From a virus: a stretch of DNA of 64,000 nucleotides. The translations under genes were made by a program, and so were the position numbers. This document shows positions 8,767 to 17,834 of the stretch, piece after piece (within the stretch, counting starts at the first letter, position 1; the number at the start of each line of letters is the position of its first letter). The stretch is from IMG/VR virus record IMGVR_UViG_3300025138_000015. The stretch is one strand, 5' to 3'. Below the pieces are notes generated by a model. The model was not told the DNA's origin. It made no database searches and saw only the letters and a program-made list of their open reading frames with translations.

Positions 8767-9693
8767 TTATTTAGTAAAGATGAACTCACTTAATTTGGAT
8801 AAAGTTTCACCATATTGACCATGTGTATTCTGTCCTAAGAGATTGCAAAACTCTATTTGTTTTAACTCTATGTTATCAGAGTTAAGAATAGTATCAACTC
8901 TATTTGTCATAGAACAAAATTCATACACTAGTGATTCAGATTTCTCTCCAATTTGTTTTTTAATTTCTTCTCTTGTGATTTTTTCTGCATCAAAATTATA
9001 ATACTCTGTTCCATAGATTGAATGAAACCAACATGCCTTTATAACATCTTCACTGAACTCATGCTCTTGAGCAATCTTTCCAGTGGTGAGTAAGTGTTCG
9101 AAAAAAGTTCCTCCACTGTGTTCTGCATTCTTTGTTTGTTGATAGAGATAATCTAAACATGGTGTGGTGTAATTTAGGTCAAAGTATTTAAACACTAACA
9201 CTCTTCTGATATTACCGAATGTTTTACTTAGAGGTCTTGCGGCATGTAATAAACTAGAATTAAATATGAATACTCTTCCCTCTTTTGGTAATACTGATTT
9301 TATAATTTCATCATTCTCAAATATAACAGTCTCACCACCCCAATTGATATCCCATTCTTCATTCAAATATATGATTGCTGTCTTTTGAGGAATATTTGAA
9401 TTTTTAGAATCTACATGTGCCGCTGCATCATTACCAAAACAATAACCATTAATGTATGCTCGTTGAATACCCCAACCATCCATGTCTAATTCTTGGTGTA
9501 TTTTTTCTAAAATTGGTGACCACATTTCAACAGACCTCATATCAAAATAAGTATCAAATCCGGCATCACATATGTTGTGATTCCAATGTAAGAATTCTTT
9601 TGTGTCGACATTCGAAGGCCAACCATAGTGAAAGGGTAGAGATTGTTGTGACACTCCTCTGACCAAGTCATTTGAAACCTGTTTAACAATCAT
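8767..9693 (-). CDS. 2OG-Fe(II) oxygenase fused to a DUF6817-like HD-type domain
   Basis: HVD...YLNEEW..NWGGET...H...R; C-terminal HSGGTFFEHL...FHSIYGTE. Confidence 0.8.
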   Translation of the reverse strand: MIVKQVSNDLVRGVSQQSLPFHYGWPSNVDTKEFLHWNHNICDAGFDTYFDMRSVEMWSPILEKIHQELDMDGWGIQRAYINGYCFGNDAAAHVDSKNSNIPQKTAIIYLNEEWDINWGGETVIFENDEIIKSVLPKEGRVFIFNSSLLHAARPLSKTFGNIRRVLVFKYFDLNYTTPCLDYLYQQTKNAEHSGGTFFEHLLTTGKIAQEHEFSEDVIKACWFHSIYGTEYYNFDAEKITREEIKKQIGEKSESLVYEFCSMTNRVDTILNSDNIELKQIEFCNLLGQNTHGQYGETLSKLSEFIFTK

Positions 9694-10271
9694 TAACTGA
9701 ATCTCTTCATATCTCTTAGAGTTTCTTTATCACTTTGTATGTTCTGATAATTAGCATGTGCCTGAAGTGTAATCTCTGGAATCTCATACTGTGGAAAAGA
9801 TGTAATTAGTTTGTGAATTAGACCTGCAACATCTTGGTGTTTAACACTCGGTAGATTATCATCATTAAGTAATCCTAAATTAAGTGTGGTCATTTTGTAT
9901 CTCTTCTTAGAGTTGTACTGGTAATTATTTGCAAGGTGATTGAGTTGTGCTTTCTCACTTGCATACACATAACCTTTTGATATGTTTGGTTGACTTGCAC
10001 GACTGGAGATATTGATAATGAATTTTGTTTTCTCACCTTCCCAGGCTTCGTGTGCAATCGATAGAATCTCTGATTGGTCTTGATGTGCAAGATTGATTAG
10101 AACATCACAAGGTTTGTATCCTCTGAACACCCAACAATCTGCCCCATTCATTGTAATATCTTCACAACGAATTGGTGATACCTCTATTGTATTACCTTGA
10201 TAAGGTGTTGCTTCAAGTGTGTCTTTAATAATCTTTGCAAGACCACTAGTTCCTGTTATTGCTATTCTCAT
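9693..10271 (-). CDS. Short-chain dehydrogenase/reductase-like protein
   Basis: IAITGTSGLA, IINISS, YASEK (YxxxK). Confidence 0.75.
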   Translation of the reverse strand: MRIAITGTSGLAKIIKDTLEATPYQGNTIEVSPIRCEDITMNGADCWVFRGYKPCDVLINLAHQDQSEILSIAHEAWEGEKTKFIINISSRASQPNISKGYVYASEKAQLNHLANNYQYNSKKRYKMTTLNLGLLNDDNLPSVKHQDVAGLIHKLITSFPQYEIPEITLQAHANYQNIQSDKETLRDMKRFS

Positions 10272-11181
10272 AATACTCCTTAACTATATCAAATGATTGT
10301 TTACCAAATAGTGAACCATCAACACTACATTTATTACAAGGGGACATACTTCTATTTCCCTTTATTAATTTCTTACGAATCTTTGTCATAGGTTTACTAA
10401 ACCACACATCATGTAATGTGGAATGCATCAAGTTACCTACGACATGTTCTCTGCCCCAATCGTTAGAACAAAACAATACATCTCCGTTCCAATCAACAAA
10501 CATCTTGTAGAAAGGATAGTGACACACTTTGCCCTTTAGATTCTCTATGGTGTCGTCTTCTATTCCAACCCAATCCATAACTCCACTTCTATTGTTTAGA
10601 ATAAGTCCGTGGGTTTCGAAATCACCCCAATGCATACGATACTTGTATTTGTTTTCTGGAATATATTTCATGACTTCATCAAAGTGTTCCATTTGTTCCA
10701 CTCCGTCATAAAGATTAATGTAAAGTAAATCCAATCCACTAAACTCGAACAACTCTTCTGCATATTCTCTAGTAAGTTTATCACCGTTAGTATTACATTC
10801 TATTGTTGCATAAGGAACTGTACTTCTAAATGTATGTACGATTTCTCTGAATCTTGGGTTGAGTAGATTCTCTCCGTAACCACTTAAAGATATCTTACCT
10901 CTGAATCCATTCTCATGTAATTCCTTTCCAATGAGTTCTGCACCCTTAGGTGTCATGTGTAAGTTTCTATTTGGAAAGACTTCAGGATTTGCACGAGGAC
11001 AAAACGAACATGTTCTGTTGCACAACTCTGTAGTGTTAACTTCGACTGTAAGAATAGAACTGAGTTCATTCAGTTGGTCTTGGTCTTGTCGACTCCAATG
11101 TCTCTTTTCTTGTTCTCTTCTATGTTCCAAGAAATCATATTGGTCTACTGCCTGAATAGGAATGTTTCTTTTATCCGACAT
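10246..11181 (-). CDS. Radical SAM/SPASM-domain protein
   Basis: CNRTCSFC; SPASM/Twitch C..P...VDWNGDV.FC...GN...C.KC. Confidence 0.92.
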   Translation of the reverse strand: MSDKRNIPIQAVDQYDFLEHRREQEKRHWSRQDQDQLNELSSILTVEVNTTELCNRTCSFCPRANPEVFPNRNLHMTPKGAELIGKELHENGFRGKISLSGYGENLLNPRFREIVHTFRSTVPYATIECNTNGDKLTREYAEELFEFSGLDLLYINLYDGVEQMEHFDEVMKYIPENKYKYRMHWGDFETHGLILNNRSGVMDWVGIEDDTIENLKGKVCHYPFYKMFVDWNGDVLFCSNDWGREHVVGNLMHSTLHDVWFSKPMTKIRKKLIKGNRSMSPCNKCSVDGSLFGKQSFDIVKEYYENSNNRN

Positions 11182-11620
11182 GTACTTCTATGTACCTTTC
11201 AGTATCTAGTCCTGATTCTTTAACAAATTGAAATTCAACAACATCTTCGTCTTCTAAATTACACCAATCTTGTGGTAGTAAAATAAATTGTGGGTCGTCT
11301 TCTTGATTGATGAGACAAGACCTAGGGTCTCCATTCTCTTTGTAGTTGTAGAGTTGAACTTCTAATGCCTCTAATGTATTACCTATTCGTGGACAAGGAT
11401 AAGAGATTGCACTAATGTAAAAGTTCTCTTTCTTTTTACTGTCCAACTTTTTAAATAGATATACGGATTGTCTGAACTGTAAACCAAGAAAGATTGTTTG
11501 GTCTTCTGGCAGATTGAACCTGAGCAGATTCTTTTCAAAGGGTCTCTCTGAATAGATTCTGCTTACTTGGTCTTTATTGAATTGTGAAACGGTATACTTT
11601 CGTTTAGAAGTATCCACCAT
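11171..11620 (-). CDS. Hypothetical protein
   Basis: Likely start 11620, overlapping the end of the upstream gene. Confidence 0.55.
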   Translation of the reverse strand: MVDTSKRKYTVSQFNKDQVSRIYSERPFEKNLLRFNLPEDQTIFLGLQFRQSVYLFKKLDSKKKENFYISAISYPCPRIGNTLEALEVQLYNYKENGDPRSCLINQEDDPQFILLPQDWCNLEDEDVVEFQFVKESGLDTERYIEVHVG

Positions 11621-12989
11621 CTCTGACATCATCATCACCATCTTTTTTCTCCTCGTCACTTCGAGTTGCTTCTGTTTCAGATGCACTGATGAAATCACCG
11701 TCTTCTTGCAATGATGCAATAAACGATTCTGTTTGTTCTTCAAACTGGTCAATCATTTCTTCTTTTGAACCACTTAGTTCGAACCCTAACTTATCACCCT
11801 CTTCTTGTACTTCTGTTTTAGAAATGTTTTCTAATTCTGACCTTGAAGGAATTGTAATCTCTTCATACTCTTCTTCTGCATCATCAATCTTTGCTTGAGC
11901 AGAGGCGAGAAGTTCTTCTTCAGTATCAAAGGTCGGAATAGTTTTCTTTTCTTCTTCTACTGGTGCAGTAATGTTTTCAGGTTCACTTACTTGTGCTTGA
12001 ATGTTTGGGGCATTACCACCTGAGATTATAGGTTTAGATGTGACTTGTCCTGTAGAAACAACTGGTTCTGAATCCTCTAAACTTTCAAGTGTGTCTTCAA
12101 ACTTTTCGTTGACATCTTCTAATGCTTGTTCTGGTGAAACACCATTATAAAACATTTCATCATCTACGAAGTCTGCATCTTCATCGAAGTCGTCTGCAAA
12201 ACCTATTTCAACATCTTCAAAGACATCAGGTTCTACCAACAATTCATCGGCAGCTGCAACTTCGTTAACTTTTTCTACTTCGTCATAGAATGATTCTACT
12301 GTATCACCTTTTGGAACAAATTGTGTATCTGCATTTGGAGTTATGGTAACAGACTCTTCTTCAAAGTCTTTGAATGCCTTCTTGGCTTCTGCAACTTGAT
12401 TTGCAGTTTCACCAATAAATGGTTCTTCAGGTCTTGCCTGTCTTACCATGTCCCATGCTTTAGACTTTGGCCTATCAGAGGCATTCATTTCAGCAGATGC
12501 TCTTGACTCGTCTAGTAAATCTTGTATTGGTTTAGATGTGACATTGTTCTGAACATTTGATAATGCTTCGAGTTGTGCCTGAAGAATTTTGTTTTGTTCT
12601 GCAACAATTTTTAATTCTTGTTGTGCAAGTTTCTTCGCCTGTCTTTCTGCAACAACCAGTTCATCCTTTTCTGCAAGACTAGATGCAATTAAGTCCCTTT
12701 GTTTTTGAACTTCTTCTTGTTCTAGTTCTTGTATTCTTTTAGTTGCAACTTGTACTTGGGTATTGTAATCTATAATACCTGCATTGACCTGTTCTCTGAT
12801 TTGAACAAGTGCGTCTAGTTCATCTAGTTTAAAGTTACCTGCTGATAACCCTTTCTGCATGATTTGATTAACTTGTTCTGCGTTAGCAGGTTTTAATCCT
12901 ACAGTAAAGGTGTTAAGTCTGTTGGTGATTCGTTCTAACTCGGAGAGTTCCACTGTTTCACTTGCAAATGTTGATTGTTCGTCTGCCAT
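11604..12989 (-). CDS. Highly acidic protein with N-terminal coiled coil and possible C-terminal HeH/Rho-N-like motif
   Basis: 461 aa, D/E-rich; ELENISKTEVQEEGDKLGFELSGSKEEMIDQF. Confidence 0.75.
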   Translation of the reverse strand: MADEQSTFASETVELSELERITNRLNTFTVGLKPANAEQVNQIMQKGLSAGNFKLDELDALVQIREQVNAGIIDYNTQVQVATKRIQELEQEEVQKQRDLIASSLAEKDELVVAERQAKKLAQQELKIVAEQNKILQAQLEALSNVQNNVTSKPIQDLLDESRASAEMNASDRPKSKAWDMVRQARPEEPFIGETANQVAEAKKAFKDFEEESVTITPNADTQFVPKGDTVESFYDEVEKVNEVAAADELLVEPDVFEDVEIGFADDFDEDADFVDDEMFYNGVSPEQALEDVNEKFEDTLESLEDSEPVVSTGQVTSKPIISGGNAPNIQAQVSEPENITAPVEEEKKTIPTFDTEEELLASAQAKIDDAEEEYEEITIPSRSELENISKTEVQEEGDKLGFELSGSKEEMIDQFEEQTESFIASLQEDGDFISASETEATRSDEEKKDGDDDVRDGGYF

Positions 12990-13098
12990 AATATATCCTA
13001 AAAATCCATGGAGTGGTACTCGACTAGAAGTTTATACATCGAAGTTAAACTAAACTCCCTTTCTTTTATGTATAGTCTCTGACCACATTAATATTTAT

Positions 13099-13617
13099 TT
13101 AAACTTGTATCTCAGGAAACGCTTCTGATGCAATTTCCTTTGTTATGTTAGGGAATGGATTCTTCTTATCCTTAACCAAGTCAATTAGTTCTGCTTCTCT
13201 ATGATGCATACCTTCTAACAGTTCAATCCACATTGTCTCTCTACGAGCCTGTGGTACCTGTTCAGTCACAAAGTATTGAAACTTTTTAAACTCAAACTTT
13301 AATCCTGTTTCAGATAGTTGTGAATCAGGTGCATCATTCTTTTTGTAAGGAGTTTGTCCTTCAGGTAATGTTGAATGAATGTTCTTATCGAACAACCACC
13401 TTAACACTTTGCTTACTGCACCGTTTCTATCATTACATATTCTTAAACCGTTTACTGCAGTTGGTATATCATCTTCTGCAATGATATTCGCTTGACATAA
13501 TACTTCGTATACATCTGCTCCGTTTTGAAGTCTCACTCTTTCAGTGATTAACTCCATCTTTGGTTTGTTAGGAGCACCCTTCGGTCTTCCTCTTCCTTTT
13601 TTCTTTTCTGTTGTCAT
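13099..13617 (-). CDS. Conserved-type hypothetical protein next to RNase H
   Basis: AT-hook-like GRGRPKG; LPEG.TPY; RRETMWIELLEGMH..EAEL...VKDK. Confidence 0.75.
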   Translation of the reverse strand: MTTEKKKGRGRPKGAPNKPKMELITERVRLQNGADVYEVLCQANIIAEDDIPTAVNGLRICNDRNGAVSKVLRWLFDKNIHSTLPEGQTPYKKNDAPDSQLSETGLKFEFKKFQYFVTEQVPQARRETMWIELLEGMHHREAELIDLVKDKKNPFPNITKEIASEAFPEIQV

Positions 13618-13620
13618 AAT

Positions 13621-14475
13621 TTAGGTCCTCACCATATTATATTGTGTAAAATCACCAATGTTGTCCATCAATTCATTCAATCTATGCTCTCTAAGATAAT
13701 CAAATACTTTACCACTCGGTGGTGTAGACTCACCAAAACAGTCAAGAATATTTTCTACGACATCATCTGGTATAAATTCTAAGTCAATCAAAGTTTGATT
13801 TCTTAAATAGTTCCGATAGTATTTATCGTCCTTTTCAATGCTAATCCTGAGGTACTTATCGACTACAGGTTTTCTTAAAGGGGTTTGTCTGATACCTTCA
13901 TCTAAACAATTGTCTGCTGATAGTATATTTGGTATACCGTCTGACTTATCTCCTCTGAGAATGTGTTCTTTTAGAAATGTATCTGCATCATCTGGTGCAA
14001 CGAACTTGTTTAGATTAGGAGACCATTGTTTTACATAGTCATACTTCTGCAACTGTTGGAAGTCCTTATCACCTGAGACGATTAGGACTGGTTCCTTTGA
14101 ATGTTTAGTTAGAACTGCAATGATATCATCAGCCTCACATCTTTCGACATACAGGTAGTGGTAGGGAAAGTTATCTCTTATCTCGTCTTTAACTTTCTGC
14201 AGTGTGTCGAAGATAAGTTTCCAATCCATATCAGATGCATCTCTTGTCTTCTTACGGTTTGCTTTGTATTGTGGAAAGTATTCTCGTCTCCAAGGATTAC
14301 TTGCATCAGTACATAGAACTATTTGTCCATACTGAGACGAGTATCGTTTACTGTAATTTCTTACAGAGTTTAGAATCATGTGTCTTAACATATCTTCGTT
14401 AATCTCACCATCATTCATTTTGAGTTGTGCCATCAGACCTGCTATTATGGTCTGAGTAAAATCTATTAGTATCAT
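13621..14475 (-). CDS. rnh: T4-like RNase H (5'-3' exonuclease)
   Basis: MILIDF, WRREYFPQYKANRK, EADDII, SGDKDFQQL, GDKSDGIPN. Confidence 0.95.
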   Translation of the reverse strand: MILIDFTQTIIAGLMAQLKMNDGEINEDMLRHMILNSVRNYSKRYSSQYGQIVLCTDASNPWRREYFPQYKANRKKTRDASDMDWKLIFDTLQKVKDEIRDNFPYHYLYVERCEADDIIAVLTKHSKEPVLIVSGDKDFQQLQKYDYVKQWSPNLNKFVAPDDADTFLKEHILRGDKSDGIPNILSADNCLDEGIRQTPLRKPVVDKYLRISIEKDDKYYRNYLRNQTLIDLEFIPDDVVENILDCFGESTPPSGKVFDYLREHRLNELMDNIGDFTQYNMVRT

Positions 14476-15182
14476 TTAATCACTTTTATTAATAATGTAT
14501 TCTTAGTAATTCTATTGTTTCCTTCTTTCTCTTTAGAACGAGGTATCTCGTCCATGAAACCTTTAGCAATAATATTACCACCTGATACCAGTCTATCAAG
14601 TAAAGTTAAATCTGTCAAGGTCTTTTCTATACATTCGTCTGCATCTATTATCTTACTACCATTCACTCTAAGACCACCATAGGATTTAAACATGGTAAGT
14701 TTCTTTGTGGATGTGTTGTATCCAAACAACAACGATGCACGAATGATATCCTCTGGATTTATGGATTTATATTTCTTCCACTCTGAAAGATAAGGAAGTT
14801 TCTTTACTAACTGTGCTGGGGTTTTAGGTTTAGGTGGTTTACGAACTGGTGTATACTCTGCAATATACTTTTCAATATCGGTTTCAAACTCTTTAAGTTT
14901 CTTTATAATCTTTGTCTTCTGACCTTTAGTAAGGAAGTTATATGCCTCATCTAATTGAGGACAACCTTCTTTGTTGGTCATCTCGTATTGCATTTCTTCT
15001 GTAAACCCTTTCATGTATGCAACAACTTTACCAGAGTAATCTAATTGTTTGAGATACTTGTACATAGAGAAAGGTATGGACTTCTTATCCATAAGAGTAT
15101 CGATTTGTGCTTCGACTTCGTCTAAGGCACCAATGGCCTTATTCTTCATTCTCTCTTGTATACTAACCGTTTGCGTGTTCAT
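14472..15182 (-). CDS. Hypothetical protein
   Basis: 236-aa ORF coupled to rnh. Confidence 0.7.
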   Translation of the reverse strand: MNTQTVSIQERMKNKAIGALDEVEAQIDTLMDKKSIPFSMYKYLKQLDYSGKVVAYMKGFTEEMQYEMTNKEGCPQLDEAYNFLTKGQKTKIIKKLKEFETDIEKYIAEYTPVRKPPKPKTPAQLVKKLPYLSEWKKYKSINPEDIIRASLLFGYNTSTKKLTMFKSYGGLRVNGSKIIDADECIEKTLTDLTLLDRLVSGGNIIAKGFMDEIPRSKEKEGNNRITKNTLLIKVIK

Positions 15183-16554
15183 CGTTTCTATTTGTTAACA
15201 TAAATTTACGAGCAGGATTTATCATCAAGTTTGCTCTCTTCATAAAGTCTCTGTTAGCAAGAAAAGGTATTTGATTCCTTTTATCTAACGAAACTTCTAT
15301 TTCATAAATTGTATTTAGAAAATTTATTTCCAATAGAACGACTGGCCTTTTTTCGGCAGGTTTTAACAACTCTACATATCGATGTAGAGGTTCTTTGTAT
15401 TTTACTCCTTCGGTAGTCCATGAGACTACTTTATTTTTCACGGTTAAATCATCCGCGTGCAAGGCACATGTCGTTGTATTATTACCAGTATCCATCTTAA
15501 CAGTTAGTTCCTGTCCTTCAACTTCTAATGTTTCTAATACACCACATTCTGTTGCACTTCGTTTCCATGAATCTCTGTCGAGGAGATTATCTAAAACAAT
15601 TTTATTAATATCACCATCAATTACTTTGTTGATACCTTCGGTACCAGGTGAATGGTTAACTTCGATAATGAATGGTGAGTCTTTATCTCTGTTCTTTGCT
15701 GGCATAAAGTCTACACCAACCCATTGTCCGTTCACCGCTTTGGCTGCCTGTAAGACTGCCTCTTGTTCAACTTCAGTAAGTTTAATCTCTTCAGGTTCAG
15801 AACCTTGTGAAACATTACTTCTAAAGTCGTCAAGTATCTTAGGTCGTTTCATCGCACCTATGATTTCTTTGTTCACAACAATACATCTAACATCGTAATC
15901 AACTTCAATGTATTCTTGTAATAGTATATCTGCATAAGGGTCAATCTTATAAACCAACTGAACGGTTGATTGTAATGACCTTTCTGTTTCAATCAATAGA
16001 ACACCAACACCTTTACTTCCTTGTAGTGTCTTTAACACCATAGGGAACTTAGACTTCAATGCCTCATGGGCAGTCTCTATTGATTCTTTATCTGCATTTG
16101 GTATCAGTACGGTCTTAGGTTGATTCATACCAATCTCTTGCAGTCTAAGATAACATCTAAACTTATCTGCACATACTTCAATTGTTTCTCTGAAGTTGCA
16201 AACAGGAATACCATATCTTTCTAATTGAGATACTAAATCCAGATATGAATCTTTTTTACCAACTGCACCACGAATGATTACAACTGTATCTTCATCGATT
16301 TCAAATCCAAATGAATCATCTTCTTTGTGTATAGTTATGGTACCTTTATCTTCATCACGCATGATGAATGCACCATTGACACGACAATCATATACTTCGT
16401 GTCCTAGTTTCTCTGCAAGTTTAACTAACTTTGCACTCGTCGCTTTAGGGTTTGACTTCTTCGGTTTTTCTGCGAGTACAACCAGACGATAAGGATTTTT
16501 AGCATCCTTATTCTCCGTTATTGTTTGCAACTCATTAAAACTTTTAATCATCAA
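15163..16554 (-). CDS. rimK: RimK-family ATP-grasp ligase fused to a RimB-like (putative aspartyl/Zn protease) domain
   Basis: ADKF, FPMVLKTLQGSKGVGV, QEYIE, DVR, DFRSNVSQG, VGVD, EVNHSPG; C-terminal VKMDTGN...LHA...EKRPVV...L.NRDF. Confidence 0.88.
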   Translation of the reverse strand: MMIKSFNELQTITENKDAKNPYRLVVLAEKPKKSNPKATSAKLVKLAEKLGHEVYDCRVNGAFIMRDEDKGTITIHKEDDSFGFEIDEDTVVIIRGAVGKKDSYLDLVSQLERYGIPVCNFRETIEVCADKFRCYLRLQEIGMNQPKTVLIPNADKESIETAHEALKSKFPMVLKTLQGSKGVGVLLIETERSLQSTVQLVYKIDPYADILLQEYIEVDYDVRCIVVNKEIIGAMKRPKILDDFRSNVSQGSEPEEIKLTEVEQEAVLQAAKAVNGQWVGVDFMPAKNRDKDSPFIIEVNHSPGTEGINKVIDGDINKIVLDNLLDRDSWKRSATECGVLETLEVEGQELTVKMDTGNNTTTCALHADDLTVKNKVVSWTTEGVKYKEPLHRYVELLKPAEKRPVVLLEINFLNTIYEIEVSLDKRNQIPFLANRDFMKRANLMINPARKFMLTNRNDEHANG

Positions 16555-16897
16555 TTCTACTTTCCTTTTCTTTATGTAATTCTACAAAATATTCTGCATC
16601 TACTACAGCAAGTGGTTTCTTACCATTCTTTTTAATTACTACAAGAGGTTCATAACTTTTGCAATTAGACTCTGCTTGTTCCATTGCTGACCAGATATTA
16701 ACTTTCTCCTGATTCTTACATTCTACACTATAAGGGAAGATTTGTCTAGTCTGTTTTCCCATGATGATATCTTCACCACTAGAACCCATAGGTCTTGATT
16801 CTAAATCTTCTTCGTCTGCATTTAGATGTTCGACTAACATCTTTGCAACCCATTGTTGTAATCTTCTGCCTTTAGCTTTGGCTGACGAGGTCTTCAT
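16544..16897 (-). CDS. PD-(D/E)XK nuclease, Holliday-junction-resolvase-like
   Basis: SAKAKGRRLQ, GEDII, SVECKNQE. Confidence 0.7.
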   Translation of the reverse strand: MKTSSAKAKGRRLQQWVAKMLVEHLNADEEDLESRPMGSSGEDIIMGKQTRQIFPYSVECKNQEKVNIWSAMEQAESNCKSYEPLVVIKKNGKKPLAVVDAEYFVELHKEKESRIDD

Positions 16898-17204
16898 TAA
16901 ATTGTATACTCACTCCACATCCACAAGAAGATACTTCTTTTGGATTTATAATTTTAAAATATTCATTAAGACCGTCTTTAACCCAATCTAAAGTTGAACC
17001 ACTCAAATAAGGTACAGACATCTCATCTAACACTACATTAAATTTACCATAGTCAACAAGTTTATCAGACATGTTAATATAATCTGATGCGTCTTCAATA
17101 TAATATTCGTAACCTGCACACCCACCACCTTTAACTCCGAGTCGGATAAAACCGACCTTCTTCTTAATGAGTTGTTGTATTGCTGTATCAGTTACCTCTA
17201 TCAT
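16872..17204 (-). CDS. iscA: Fe-S cluster A-type carrier (IscA/SufA/HesB)
   Basis: IRLGVKGGGCAGYEY, G.TLD, NP...SCGCG.S. Confidence 0.92.
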   Translation of the reverse strand: MIEVTDTAIQQLIKKKVGFIRLGVKGGGCAGYEYYIEDASDYINMSDKLVDYGKFNVVLDEMSVPYLSGSTLDWVKDGLNEYFKIINPKEVSSCGCGVSIQFNEDLVSQS

Positions 17205-17213
17205 ACCACCTAT

Positions 17214-17834
17214 TTATTCGTTTGAGTCCTGTTCCTCGAATAAACTTACTTTCTTAGGTTTAATCATTGTGTAAGGTATATGAATGTCTTGGTCTTCAGG
17301 CACATACAAATAATTAATCTGACTGTTCTGACATGTTGTGATTGCATCTTCGATTGTCTCGACCAATGCCTCACCACCTAGATTGAATGATGTATTAAAT
17401 ATCATTGGACAACCTGTGATGTTATAGAATGCTTCTATGAGTTCGTAATAGTTTTTGTTCTGTTCTTTTGTGACTGTTTGTATTCTACAAGTACCGTCTG
17501 CATGAACTAAACTAGGAACATCTCTGTATGCTTTCTCTCTTGCTTGTATCGCAAAGGACATCCAAGGTGATTCTTTTAATTGTTTCATGTCGAAGTAATC
17601 GTTTGCATGTTCTAACATAACTGAACCTGCAAATGGTCTATAGTCTTCTCTTTGTTTAACTGTATTCACAATTTGTTTTGCCATAGGATTTCTAGGGTCA
17701 AATAATATACTACGATTACCTAATGCACGAGGACCCCATTCGGATTCTCCTTGAAAGATTGCAACGATTTGTGCTCTGTCAATCAGTAAGTCAACGACTG
17801 TATCTAAGTCTCTTATAATTTTAGTCTTTATCAT
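17214..17834 (-). CDS. Carbamoyltransferase, C-terminal (YrdC-like) domain as a separate gene
   Basis: QGESEWGPRALGNRSILFDPR, RPFAGS, HADGTCRIQTV, NTSFN..GE; own GGAG SD before ATG 17834. Confidence 0.9.
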   Translation of the reverse strand: MIKTKIIRDLDTVVDLLIDRAQIVAIFQGESEWGPRALGNRSILFDPRNPMAKQIVNTVKQREDYRPFAGSVMLEHANDYFDMKQLKESPWMSFAIQAREKAYRDVPSLVHADGTCRIQTVTKEQNKNYYELIEAFYNITGCPMIFNTSFNLGGEALVETIEDAITTCQNSQINYLYVPEDQDIHIPYTMIKPKKVSLFEEQDSNE

